Below are positions 1 to 13,570 of a stretch of DNA of 64,000 nt, piece after piece. The stretch covers positions 80,228,001 through 80,292,000 of the forward strand of contig OX597831.1 in assembly GCA_951406725.2 (NCBI GenBank). The letters are read 5' to 3'. A program made the translations under genes and the position numbers. The notes below the pieces were generated by a model. That model was not told the DNA's origin, ran no database searches, and saw only the letters and a program-made list of their open reading frames with translations. The DNA is from Octopus vulgaris. Taxonomy: Eukaryota. Each line of letters begins with the position of its first letter. The stretch's first letter is position 1.

Positions 1-862
1 TGAAAATATGCACACCTATGTTAAAAGTACTGGCGAGTTTTTGCATGGCAACTATTTTTTCCCTCAAATGAAAGGTGCGACCTCTAGGACAAAATTCCTC
101 ATCTTATAAAATGTGACCCGAGTAGACCCGAATGAAATCGGGTTATATTAACCAAAATGTGAAAAGAGTTCTAAATGGGGCTGGAAGGGGATTAAAATTT
201 ACAGGAGCGAGTATTTAGGAATTCTCGGTTACATCAAGCTAAAAAATTTGCGCCAGCCTTTAAACCTTCAATGTGTTGCCGTCCATGATGAAGAAGGTTT
301 GAATGCTTGCCATGGTGAGTCTACTGTCGTGAGAAAGAATCACTTCAAAACTTGGTGTTTAGGAATTTTCTTTTACATCAAGCTAAAAATTTTTCGCCAG
401 CCGTTAAACTGCCACTACGTTACTGTCCGTCGTTAATAAATGCCAGCCATGGTGACTATACTATCCACAGATTCTATCCCCTCAAACTTTGGTTTCCAAT
501 ATTTTTATTCAGCTCGCAAGTTCGTCTGTCCGTGTAAAATGTTAGTGTTTTGCTGTCTGCCTTGAAGCAGACCTTTCCGTTGTCACTGCCTGATATTTAT
601 GATTGATCTTCCAAAAAATTTCTTTCTCAACTTACTCAAGATCTTTTGTTGTTTATAATTGGGAGAGAGATAGACAGAGAAAGATAGAGAGTAAGAGAAA
701 GCGAGGTAGAGTCCGAGAGGAATGGAAAGTAAGAGAGTGGGAAAGTGAGAGAGAAAGGAGAGAGAAACAAAGAGGGAGAATGTGGTGATAAAAAACAGAA
801 TGGAAGCAACAGAAAGTAACAACCACACTCTTACCCGCGCGTAGAGCGGGTCACCTGAAGCT

Positions 863-864
<2 letters not shown>
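1..864 (+). mobile_element. 3' portion of a non-autonomous Helitron-like element (5' end outside window or not located)
   Basis: Hairpin ACCCGC-7nt-GCGGGT at 833-851, 9 nt upstream of CTAG (861-864), then T and (TA)n: the canonical Helitron 3' end. Contains a diverged ~144-bp tandem duplication (213-325 vs 357-465). Extent back to base 1 is inferred. Confidence 0.55.
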
Positions 865-904
<40 letters not shown>

Positions 905-905
905 A

Positions 906-1106
906 AGTTAATCCAAGCAAGAAAGCACAAAAAAACACAACAACGCGAGGACGTGGAACAAATAAAGTATTATTGGACGCTCAGGAAAGAAGGAAAGAAG
1001 GAGGGTTTAACGTTTCGAGCGGAGCTCTTCGTCGGAAACATAGGAGAAGGAAAGATCCAGAGAAGGGAAGACAGAGAAAAAAAAATCGCCAACGGTACAC
1101 ACGCGG
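906..1106 (-). mobile_element. ~200-bp Penelope/retrozyme-like element, family HH-b
   Basis: Reverse complement aligns by eye with 9397-9596; abuts (TA)n; carries a hammerhead motif at 1005-1039. Confidence 0.7.
1005..1039 (-). ncRNA. Minimal type-I hammerhead ribozyme motif, core U4 mutated
   Basis: Minus strand reads GTTT-CCGACGA-A-GAGC(TCC)GCTC-GAAAC-GTT-AAAC. Confidence 0.65.
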
Positions 1107-1202
1107 ATCGCTATCCAACCAAAATATAAGACACATCAAACAGTCAGTAATACCTGTTCTACTGTGTTAGTAGTACTAGTAGTAGTACTTTTTAAGGCGT
1201 GT

Positions 1203-1606
1203 AAGGCGGCATGCTGGCAGAAACGTTAGCACGACGGGCGAAATGCTTAGCGGTATTTCGTCTGCCGTTACGTTCTGAGTTCAAATTCCGCCGAGGTCGA
1301 CTTTGCCTTTCATCTTTTCAGGATAGATTAAATAAGTACCAGTTACGCACTGGAATCGATATAATCGACTTAATCCGTTTGTCTGTCCTTGTTTGTCCCC
1401 TCTATGTTTAGCCCCTTGTGGGTAGTAAAAAAATAGGCATTTCGTCTGTCTTTACGTTCTGAGTTAAAATTCCGCCGAGGTCGACTTTGCCTTTCATACT
1501 TTCGGGGTCAATAAATCAAGTACCAGTTGCATACTGTGGTCGATATAATCGACTGGCCTCCTCCCCCAAAATTTCTGGCCTTGTACCTAGAGATGAAAAG
1601 AGTATT
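1203..1606 (+). mobile_element. tRNA-headed SINE family A, composite/dimeric copy
   Basis: Head GGCGGCATGCTGGCAGAAACGTTAGC, B-box-like GAGTTCAAATTCC, central GACTTTGCCTTTCATC..TAAGTACCAG domain present twice; same layout at 43319-43716. Confidence 0.85.
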
Positions 1607-2477
1607 CGTTAAGGTCTGTGGTGGCTATTTAAGCAATGTATTCGAGGATGATTAATGGGTTGGATGGGTGCTTAGGAAAGGGCAAATATCCCCTAAATAT
1701 GGCATATGCGCCCATTATCCATTTTACATCTTCGATCTTATTGTAGCAAATATCAGTGCTGGCTAAAATTTCTATAAAATTTCCATAAAAATAATCTTAA
1801 CAAATAACAGACGTGAGGGCCTGACTGTGGAAGCCCAGTCAGGCCGTCATGCCTTTACCGTAGTCAGTTACGTCTTAATTTGTCCTGCAGCTCGTCTGAA
1901 CCAGCCTGGGCGCGGAGCTACCCTGCCAACGAATTCCTACGGTGAGTGAAGGAGAGCGTGCTGAAGCCTCCTTAGACGTTTTGTGAATAGAGCTTGTTAC
2001 AGAGCGTTGATGTAGGAACTTCATCTTATTTCGGAGTTCGAAATAAAACGACGCTCCAATGACCGGACAGCCAGAATTCGAAGTTGGCAATAATGGTCGA
2101 AGTCCTCGAGTTTTCAGAGATCTTCAGCTCTCACTGGTCGGGGTTTAAAGCAACAACGAAAATAACACCAGAAAAACACAGCTGGCTAAAGTTAAACATT
2201 TTCATTCCGGGCTGATTTGAACTCTCAAATGTTAAGCTAACATAAAACATATTCTGTAACAGTTAGCTACCGCCTGAGCCAGGTCAAGAAAGGAAAAGCA
2301 TGCCAGTCTGTTAATTGAGTTTTCAATAACTAATTGAGTCGATAGCATAATGAGATTTATGAGTCTATGTATTCACACACATATATATATATACATATGT
2401 TTGTGTGTGTATGTACTTATATACTTAAACCTGCACACACATACATACATACACACATACATATATGCATACATACT

Positions 2478-2530
<53 letters not shown>

Positions 2531-2804
2531 ATATATTAGCATTGATTGCTTTTTGTTAATTTATGCCTTAGCTACGTAAATTACGCACCAGTGCCGACGC
2601 TTACACATACACACCACACAAATACACATCTACGCACACACGTCAATAATACCCGAGGATCAGGTGTATTGTGATCATACCTTGTTAGTGTCGCCACTTA
2701 CAATTACAATTAAATATACACAAACACATTTACATGCACACACACACACACACGCACACACACGCACACATATGCATACATTATATAAACATGTATACAT
2801 AGAT

Positions 2805-2837
<33 letters not shown>

Positions 2838-3079
2838 CATACGCTTTTATTTAATAACAGGCGGAAGATGCAGATAAAGTGTGTATGTATGTATATATGC
2901 ATGCATGTATGAACGTATATATATATATATATACATGCATACATACATGCATATATATATATATGTACATATATATACGCATACATGTTATATACATGTA
3001 TGCATATATAAAATATATACATACATACACGAACATATACACACATATATATATATCTATGTATGTATATATAAATATA

Positions 3080-3144
<65 letters not shown>

Positions 3145-3729
3145 TATGTATGTATATTAATACGTGCATCGATGACTACGAATATAAATACATGGACACA
3201 TGATAGGCCTATACATACAGGCACATAAAACATGCATATATATACATGCAGATACACAGAAATAAATATATACATTCACAGCAGATGTACGCATGCACAA
3301 GCAAAAACATGCAGAAACACATACAAAAAACATGCATACAATAATAATTACTGTATCAACAAGAAATCCGCAAACCAAATCAAATTTGAATCACTGACGA
3401 GGGGGGGGTGAGGGGAGGAAACCAAAAAGCCAAGACGCAAAACGCAATAAAATTACTCAACAAAACAACATCAATTAAAATATAAAAAACACAAAATTTT
3501 GTAAGAGTACGAAAGTGTAAAAAAAAAAGAAAAAAAAAATAGAAATAATACAAAAACGTAAAAATGAAAAGTCAAATAAAAAAAGATCATAATTTATAAT
3601 AAAATTCAAAATATTGACAATAAAACGGAAAAGAAGAAATAATAAATTGTTTGTATGTATATATGTTTTGTTTGTTCTTTTTTTTTTCTGTTTGTAATAT
3701 TGTTTGTTTCCCTTCTGTGGCAGGCGTTT

Positions 3730-3843
3730 TTAATAATAATAATAATAATAATAATAACAACAATAACAACAACAACAATAATAATAATAATAATAATAAC
3801 AACAAAAATAATAATGATGATGTCGATGATAATGATGATGATA

Positions 3844-3910
<67 letters not shown>

Positions 3911-4489
3911 CGATGGTGGCGTTTATGGTGATGATGGTATTGATGATTATAATCATGATGATGGTGCCACAGATGACGAGGACGACAACGAAGCTAGTGA
4001 TGAGGTTTATGATGAGGTGACGGTGGTGGTGGTGGTGGTGGTGGTGGTGGTGGTGGTGGTGGTAGTGGTGGTAGTGGTAGTGGTTGCAGTGGAGGTCGAG
4101 GTGGTGACGATGACGAGGGTGATTATGATGATGATGATGATGATGACGATGATGATGATGATGATGATGATGATGAGTAGTGGCGGTGGTACTGATGGTG
4201 GTGGTGTCTGCAGTGGAGGTCGAGGTGGTGACGATGACGATGATGATGAGGAGGAGGAGGGGGATATCGGTAATTACAATTCTAGCACTAACGATAATAA
4301 CAAAAACAGCAACGAAATAATAATTATATAACAAGCGCAATACAGACGATGATGATGATGGTGGGGGTGGTGGTGATGATGTGATGATTTTGATGATGAT
4401 GATGGTGGTGATGGTAATGATGATGAGGAGGAGGAGGGGACGATGAGAAGGAGGAGGAGGTAGATGATGATAATGAAAACAAAAAGATC

Positions 4490-4527
<38 letters not shown>

Positions 4528-4830
4528 AAGTAGTAGTAATGATAGTTATAGCAACACCTCTGTCGACAATATCGACAACAGCACCAACAACAACTGCAAC
4601 AGCAAACGTCAAGAGAACAAACAAGATTCGACTTTCAGCCTCCAACAACAACAACAACAACAAAAACAAAAACAACAACGCAACAAATATACCACCACCA
4701 CCATCACCAATGCCAACACCACCAACAACAGACAAACAAAAAAAAACTACTAAACAAATATTTCCTACAAGCACATCAACGACAACAACAACAACAGCAA
4801 AAACAAAACCACAACAGCAATAACAACAAT
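3730..4830. repeat. Compound trinucleotide microsatellites (TAA, GAT, GGT, GAG, GTA, AAC)
   Basis: Directly visible; source of the poly-N/D/V/M ORFs. Confidence 0.9.
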
Positions 4831-5257
4831 AACCAATACAATTATAAAGAGAAGTTTCCGGAAAGTCCTTGCAGTGATAGTTTGATTCCTTGTTTTTTTT
4901 TGTGTGTGTGTGTGTTTTTTTTTTTTGGTTTTCTTTTCGTTGACATCTTCACATAATTAAATTACAGTTGGTGTTTGTTGAGGTTGTCTTCCCTTGCTTT
5001 GTTTTGTCTTGTTTTGTCGTTAGGGGGCGGGAAGGCGAATATCTTGTTTTTGCATATTTTGTGTCTTGTCATTTCTTTTTATATTTAATATTGTTGCTCT
5101 GTTCTTTGTATATGTGTGTGAATACATGTATACATACATACATATATATATATGCATATACATATATACACACATATATATATATATATATACATGTGTG
5201 TGTGTTTGTTGCATGTACATATATATATATATATAAAACTATATGTGTGTGCACGTA

Positions 5258-5327
<70 letters not shown>

Positions 5328-6004
5328 TATATAAACATGTATATATATGCATGCGTATATGTGTATATATATATATGTGTGTATACGTGTGTGTATGAAT
5401 GTGTGTGTATTTGAATGTGTGCACATATATATATATATATGTACAAATGTGAATGTATATGTTTGTGTGTATATACATATAGATATATTGTGTGGTTCAT
5501 CGATATCCTTGATGTTGTTCCTATCGCTGTTGTTAGTGCTGTTGTTGTTGTTGTTGGTGGTGTGGTGTTGGTGTTGGTGCCGATGTTAGAGCGGCGGAGG
5601 CGGCGGTCGCGGCAGCAGTCACCGTCGCCACCCTCGTCGTCGTTGCCAATCGACTTATTGGTGCTGGTCGTTAGCTGTTGTCGTTGTTGTTGTTGTGAAG
5701 CTTGATATAACCCGATTCCTGCTTTTTTTTGTTTTTGTTTTTTTTCTTCTTGTTTTTGTTTGGTTTAGTTTTGGGGCTAATTTTGTGGTTGTTATTTATT
5801 TTGATGATGTTATGTTTGTTGATTGGATATCGTTGTTGTTACAACTGATTGGAGACGCTTGTGACGACGACGACCACGACGACGATGGCGACGATTATGA
5901 CGGCGATGATGATGATGATGATCGGGGGGGGAGGAAGAGGAGGAGGAAGAGCGGTAGTGGAAGAGAGAGATGTGAAGGAAGAGCAATGTTGTATTGGTGG
6001 TCGC

Positions 6005-6612
6005 AATCATCATCGTCGTCATCATCATCATCATCATCATCACCACCAACACCACCGTCATCATCACCGTCGTCGTCGTCGTCGTCATCATCATCATCAT
6101 CATCATCATCGTCATCGTCATCGTCATCATCACCATCATCATCACCATCATCACCACCACCACCACCACCACCGACAACATCACCGTCGTCGTCGTCATC
6201 ACCATCATCATCATCATCATCATCATCACCATCATCACCACCACCACCACCACCGACAACATCACCGTCGTCGTCGTCATCACCATCATCATCATCATCA
6301 TCATCATCACCATCATCACTACCACCACCACCACCACCACCGACATCATCACCGTCGTCGTCGTCGTCATCATCATCATCATCATCACCACCACCACCAC
6401 CACCACCACCGACATCATCACCGTCGTCGTCGTCGTCATCATCATCATCGTCATCGTCATCGTCATCGTCATCATCACCATCATCATCACCACCACCACC
6501 ACCGACAACATGACCGTCGTCGTCGTCATCATCAGCATCATCATCATCATCATCATCATCACCATCATCACCACCACCACCACCACCGACATCATCACCG
6601 TCGTCGTCGTCG

Positions 6613-6648
<36 letters not shown>

Positions 6649-6702
6649 CCATCATCACCACCACCACCACCACCACCACCGACATCATCACCGTCGTCGT
6701 CA
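6005..6702. repeat. Higher-order repeat built from TCA/TCG/CCA triplets
   Basis: Unit CCGACA(A/T)CATCACCGTCGTCG..(TCA)n..(CCA)n recurs about 7 times with ~70-100 bp period. Confidence 0.85.
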
Positions 6703-7455
6703 GTTATCATTATCAACATTACCAATGTCACGAGCATTAAAATCACCTTTCACTCATTTTCTACACCCATATATATATATATTTATATGATTCAACTACT
6801 ACCGTAGTTCCATAATACTCTTAAGGCAGCATCTTTCAGAGCTTTTCACTAATTTAGTTCTTAACCAAATTTAAAACTGTTAACATTTTTGAAGAGCGCT
6901 GATCCCTAGCTACAGTTTGGCATAACAAAATTGAGACTTGATCCATTAGATAAAAGTTTCCTTTATATTTGTAGCAACGTTATAGGAAAGTAACGTCTCC
7001 AATCAAGTTTAGATCTAAATAATCTTTTTTTATTTTGAAAGCAAAATATATTTATCGTAGCTTCAATGATAGAAGAAAGTATGAAGAATATCATAGTTTT
7101 GTCCCATGCAATAAAAATTTGCGTCTAAAAAATTGTGAGGTAAAATATCATGAAAAAAATGTAAGGCAAAAAAATGGATTTAAGCATGATTAACTTTTCT
7201 TATTTAAAAAAAAAACTATATTTTAATTAAGCTTAAATGACAGAGCACAATTCAAGGAATTTCATGGTATCAATCTCATGCATTGAAGTTTTAAAAGAAG
7301 GGGACTTTTATACATATCACCGGCGCCATTGAGGCAAGGAAAAAATTATCAACGACACCGCTAATTGACACATTATTAATTAGCATAATTAGCATAGCCT
7401 GGAAAAAACATGAATTTCATGTGAAAATGCGAGCAAGAGAAAATATATCCTTAAC

Positions 7456-7762
7456 ATTATTCGTTTGTTCCGTCTCGAGCCACGCCTGGCTCATAAGGGC
7501 CGGTTCCCCGGTTTTCTTGGCGTATAGGTTCCCCACCTGGACGGGACGCCGGTCCGTCGCAGGTCATTTGCAAGCAGAAGGAAAGAGTTAGCGAAATTTG
7601 TGGCGAAAGAGTCAGCAGAAGTTCGCCATTACCTTCTACCGGACCCGCGTGGAGCTTGGGTCCCTCGCTCATAAACACACATATCACCCGGTTTGAGATT
7701 TGAACCCACGATCCCCCGGCCGCGAGTCCGCTGCTCTAACCACTAGGCCATGTGCCTCCACA
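7456..7762 (-). mobile_element. tRNA-headed SINE, group C head with tail type 1
   Basis: Minus strand: TGGAGGCACATGGCCTAGTGGTTAGAGCAGCGGACTCGCGG..GGTTCAAATC (A/B boxes); flanked by a diverged ~14-bp direct repeat (ATCCTTAACATTAT / ATTCTTTACATTTT). Confidence 0.8.
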
Positions 7763-8193
7763 TTCTTTACATTTTAAACCTAGAAAATTACAGGACAAGT
7801 TATCACTCTCGGAAAAGTTCAGGATTCCTTATGACATCTGGTGAAGTTCAGAACAAGAAAAATATTTACTTCAAAAATTGCAGCTAAGAACAAAATTTGA
7901 ATATTAAAAATTAGTTGATTTTAATTTACAATGTAACATTATAATTAAAAAAGGTACCATCATTTTGTTAAAATATTGACACACTAGAATCCTTAAAGAA
8001 TGAGTACCAGAAGTACCCATATAGCTGAAGTTTTATGCAAAGTAGAATAGTATAAATGATAGGCAAAGTCATTATGCAAAAAATAGGTAAAAGACTAAGA
8101 ATGTGGAGACTTGGCAATAACTGAAGCCAATTTTACTGTGAATTTGTTGTTACAGGTAGATTTTAAGGTAATATATTTCTTTCTTTTTCTTTT

Positions 8194-8390
8194 CTTTTAC
8201 TTGTTTCAGTCATTGGACTGCGGCCATGCTGGAGCACCGCCTTTAGTCGAGCAAATCGACCCCGGGACTTATTCTTTAGTAAGCCCAGTACTTATTCTAT
8301 CGGTCTCTTTTGCCGAACCGCTAAGTGACAGGGACGTAAACACACCAGCATCGGTTGTCAAGCAATGCTAGGGGGACAAACACAGACACA

Positions 8391-8452
<62 letters not shown>

Positions 8453-8628
8453 ATACATATATACGACGGGCTTCTTTCAGTTTCCGTCTACTAAATCAAC
8501 TCACAAGGCATTGGTCGGCCTGGGTCTATAGCAGAAGACACTTGCCCAAGATGCCACGCAGTGGGACTGAACCCAGAACCATGTGGTTGGTTAGCAAGCT
8601 ACTTACCACACAGCCACTCTTGTGCCTA
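8194..8628 (-). mobile_element. SINE family B, full length
   Basis: Head GAGTGGCTGTGTGGTAAG..GGTTCAGTCCCACTGCG, internal (TA)(TG) tract, tail GGCGGTGCTCCAGCATGGCCGCAGTC..TGACTGAAACAAGTAAAAG; matches 33010-33395 and 63845-64000. Confidence 0.9.
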
Positions 8629-9333
8629 TAAAATTGTTGTATTTTTCTATTTATTGAACTAACTAATTATGTACTACTATAATTTTTTATAACCTATTTT
8701 CAAATTTCTGTTTATTTTATTAATAATTTTTAAAATGAATGTTTTTAAAGTGCAAAAAGTATTGCAATTGAATTTTTTTTTTTTTTTAATTAGAAGCAAC
8801 AAGTAATTACAAATAGAAGTAATAACTTGTAGCGAAATTTCTAGTTTTAATAAAAGCTGATATTTTCTAAATCTAAATATTTTATTTGAAATTTTATCCT
8901 TAGCTGCAATATTTTAAGTAAAAATTTTCGTGTTCTGTACTTTAGCAGATGTAATAAGTTGTCCAGTAATTTTCCAGGTTTATAATCTTAAGAATATTAT
9001 TTCTCTTGTTCGCATTTTTTCCATGTAATATTATATATATGTATGTATGAATGTATGCATGTACGAATGTATGTGTGCGTATGTATATATATGTATGTAT
9101 GTATGTATGCATGTATGTATGTATGCATGTATGTATGTATGTATGTATGTATGTATGTATGTATGTATGTATGTATGTATGTATGTATGTATGTATGTAT
9201 GTATGTATGTATGTATGTGTGTATGGCCGCTTTAAACATTTATGGTCGTAAACACTGCTATGCTATCACATTCGTCATCTTTCTATTGAGAAGGGTCAGG
9301 TTACTTGCTTTAAAATATATATATATATATGTG

Positions 9334-9396
<63 letters not shown>

Positions 9397-9398
<2 letters not shown>

Positions 9399-9595
9399 CT
9401 GCGTGTGTACCGTTGGCGATTTTTTCCTCCGTCTTCCGTTCTTTGGATATTTCCTTTTCCTATGTTTCTGATGAAGAGCTCCGCTCGAAACGTTAAACCC
9501 TCCTTCCTTCTTTCCTGAGCGTCCAATAACATTATACTTGTTCCACGTCCTCGCGTTGTTGTGTTTTCTCTTTGTGTTTTCAAGTTTGGATTAAC

Positions 9596-9596
<1 letters not shown>
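9397..9596 (+). mobile_element. ~200-bp Penelope/retrozyme-like element, family HH-b
   Basis: Lies between (TG)n and (TA)n; 5 copies in window; contains the best-conserved hammerhead motif. Confidence 0.75.
9464..9498 (+). ncRNA. Minimal type-I hammerhead ribozyme motif, intact core
   Basis: GTTT-CTGATGA-A-GAGC(TCC)GCTC-GAAAC-GTT-AAAC: stem I GTTT/AAAC, stem II GAGC/GCTC, palindromic ACGT stem III, predicted cleavage after GUU (9494). Confidence 0.8.
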
Positions 9597-9662
<66 letters not shown>

Positions 9663-9789
9663 TAGCTGGCGTCGTGCCATGAAAAATGACAGCAAATTGT
9701 AGTATTTTATATATAAATATGGACGGTAAATGAAATTAATACACTTGCTTCTTCGAATATGGCCATTAAGACACGGCTATCCGTGGAAA

Positions 9790-10160
9790 GAACGTCCATA
9801 GAAAATCTTAACATCTGGAGCAGCAAAAATGTCCCAACAGGCTAGTGTGGGCGTTCCTTTGGCCACTAGGCCTTTATGACTATGAAGCATGGACTCTGAA
9901 CAAATTTGAAGAGAACATAATGCGTTTGAAATGTGGGTGGACAGGAGAATGTTAAGGACCACCAGATAAATGAACGGATGATACAACAAGAAGGTAAAAG
10001 ACAATTTCTGAATATTGTGAATATAATCAAAAGCTTGTCAACATAACAGGGTCGCTAAAAGTCAATACTGTATTAGGATACACCTATATTTGATGGCATA
10101 AAAGATAAACGGGCCATAAGAGACACATCATAATTTCAACAGCGCTCATTCAAGGGGAAA
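9790..10160 (+). mobile_element. Decayed RTE-clade LINE RT C-terminal fragment
   Basis: Frameshifted translation LYDYEAWTLNK..NAFEMWVDRRMLR resembles the RTE motif LYGxExWTL..AFEMWxxRRMLR. Confidence 0.65.
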
Positions 10161-10302
10161 AGGTTTTAGTGCATTAAGGCTTATTGGGAGGGCCAATTTC
10201 GTATGTAGGGCCCAATGAGACTTTTGAGACCTTTTCTTTTTTTTCATTTTTTTCATTTTTTTTTTGTGTTGAAAAAGTGCGACTTAATTCCGTCAAATAC
10301 CG

Positions 10303-10337
<35 letters not shown>

Positions 10338-11127
10338 TAATTTATAAGACTAATAGTGAACTATAACGCCGTTATTTACTGATTCTTTGCTGATTTACAA
10401 CATTTCTCAGTGCAACTATGGCAACGAAATATTTGTATAACTAGATGCAAAAGGTTTCGTTCATAAGGTGCCACCGCCTTGTTTCTTGCCCTACACCACC
10501 CCCGCTCTGATTAAATTTCGCGAAAGAAATATTTCCTCTTTCATTTCACGTGGTCTTTTTTAACTGTTACATTTCAAAGTATGGTAAGTAGGTGGCGTTG
10601 CAGATTTTATTTTTGGTGTTAATTATCATTTTAATTATTTCCGACCCCCGTCAAAAAGATGAAGACATTGGCAATATTAGTTTTTAAGAAAAAAAATCTC
10701 CGTTCTTTTCAACAAGCAACAACACATAATTTTTATATTAAAGAGAAAAAAAAAAACATTCGATTTCGTCATTTTTTATTTATTTATTTATTTTAAAGAA
10801 GAAATCTTCGCCATTTCTTGTCAGAAAACAGCGCAATAATAAATGGTTTTAATTCCTTTCATTTAGCATCTTTTCAGGAAGAATACGGATTTTTTTCCCT
10901 TTGTTTTGTTTTTTTTGCACATTTTTTTAATGTTTTTTTTTCCTGAAATTTTGTTGTTTCTATTTTATACTGCATTATTCGTTTCTTTTCTTTTGTTGGC
11001 TTTTTTTTAAAGGATGAGCTGGGTGGGGAGGTTGGAAGAAGTTTAATAATGACTGGAACTACGGTCTTAAATAATCAGCTACGTGATAAAAAAAGACACA
11101 CACCACCACTCATACACACACATACTT

Positions 11128-11171
<44 letters not shown>

Positions 11172-11739
11172 CAAACCAAACTCTGACAGCAAAAATTAAA
11201 CAAAATTTTAAAAGTACACAAAATTAAGTCGGTTTTCATTCCTGAAAACTTTCTGTTAAAACAAAAAAAAACATTGAAACAAAACCTTTTCATTTTGTAT
11301 ATTGTTTTTAAAGATCAACCTTGTTTTTTTTTGTATTTTCATTTTACTTATTTATTTATTTATTTGCAGCTTCACCTAATTTTTAAAAAATTTCCTGAAT
11401 AGTTTTTAATCGAAATAAATTAACAATTCTCATTAAACTTGATAGTTTTCAAATTGAATGTTTTTAAACATTTATATATTTATTTTGTTTCAAATTTTTC
11501 AAGTAACAAAAATACATATTTTCCAGAATATGAGAGCTTCGAAGGATGTTTTATTTTTACTTCATTTTTTTCTTTTTCCAGTAATAATAATTCAGTAACT
11601 TTTTAATTTTGGGGTCATTTTTGAGTGATATTCTTATGTTTTTGTTTGTTTTTGTTATTTCTTTCTTTCTTTTTATTATTAAAAATTTTTGGTACAAGTT
11701 TATGATTTCTTAGTTATTGTCTTTATTGCGGATGGTGTA

Positions 11740-12000
11740 GGCGGACTCGCGGTCGTAGTATCGCGGTTTCGACTCCCAGACCGGGCGTTGAGTGTTTATT
11801 GAGCAAAAACACCCCGAGGTGGTGGCGAACCTTGCTGTACTCTTTCACCACAACTTTCTCTCACTCATTCTTCCTATTTTCGCCAGTCTTGTCACACTCA
11901 GTGTCACGCAGAATCTCCCCCGAGAACTTTCACGAGCAGACTGTTCCGTTCATCAGATCATCTGGAACCCTCGTCGTCGCAACTGACGGAGTGCCAGACA
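11740..12000 (+). mobile_element. SINE group C head with tail type 2
   Basis: GCGGACTCGCGGTCGTAGTATCGCGGTTTCGACTCCCAGACCGGGCGTTG matches the head of the 20618-20929 copy; the 3' half differs. Confidence 0.7.
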
Positions 12001-12031
12001 CAAAAACAGTGACAGACACAAAAAACTTACA

Positions 12032-12070
<39 letters not shown>

Positions 12071-12169
12071 TAAGATAAACAAGAAAATTGAACTCAGACG
12101 AGAAGTATATAATATTACATTTTAACGAAGATGTTAGTCGTGAGTAGTATGCACGAAGCTTCCTATGTG

Positions 12170-12930
<761 letters not shown>

Positions 12931-12957
12931 GTATGTATATATGTATGTATTTGTATG

Positions 12958-13125
12958 TCTGTGTTTGTCCCTGTAACTTAGCACTTCGATAAAAGCGACC
13001 GGTAGAATAAGTAAATAAGTACTAGGCTTACAAAGAAAAAGTCCTGGGGTCGAGTTGTTCGACTAAAAGCGGTGCTGCAGCATGGCCGCAGTCAAATGAC
13101 TGAAACAAGTAAAAGAACAAAAGAA
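12958..13125 (+). mobile_element. SINE family B 3' half
   Basis: GACCGGTAGAATAAGTA..GCGGTGCTGCAGCATGGCCGCAGTCAAATGACTGAAACAAG. Confidence 0.85.
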
Positions 13126-13253
13126 TATATATAAATATATGTACATTTATGTTTGTATGTGTATATATATATATGTGTGTATAGGTCTATATATATATAT
13201 ACTTGTATATATATTTATGTATGTACATTATTTACAATTATGTATGTATATAT

Positions 13254-13356
13254 ATCACGTGATCATGTGACCGACCAGGTTATCAGATGTTGTTACACAT
13301 TTCTGGTCCGCATTTGCATTGTTTAAGCCTTCAAATAACGCCACCCCGCTGGCTAA
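13254..13356 (-). mobile_element. SINE group C tail type 3 fragment
   Basis: Matches 20618-20730. Confidence 0.8.
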
Positions 13357-13570
13357 TGCAAAAATAAGGACAGCCCCACTCAACACACACACACACACAC
13401 AGACATACGCATACATGCATATACACACACACATACACATACACACATACATACATATACACACATACATACTCATACACACACATACACACTCACACAC
13501 ACACACAAACACACACACACTCTCATACACATACACACACTCACACGCACACACAGATATAAATATATAT

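Larger units (their letters stand above)
7418..9025. mobile_element. Old foldback/MITE-like element with long diverged inverted arms, interrupted by two SINEs
   Basis: Reverse complement of 8865-9025 (..AAATGCGAACAAGAGAAA..AAACCTGGAAAATTACTGGACAACTTAT..TTGCAGCTAAG..) matches 7418-7455 joined to 7763-7915. Confidence 0.6.

Noticed and set aside
9660-9700. (TA)n-ACTAG as another Helitron 3' end
   Set aside because: The subterminal hairpin is weak and no 5' end was found.
10575-10595. Isolated strong splice signals (TG|GTAAGT here, AG|GTGAGT near 29669, acceptors near 22007 and 29830)
   Set aside because: Could not be paired into exons with a credible reading frame without transcript data.
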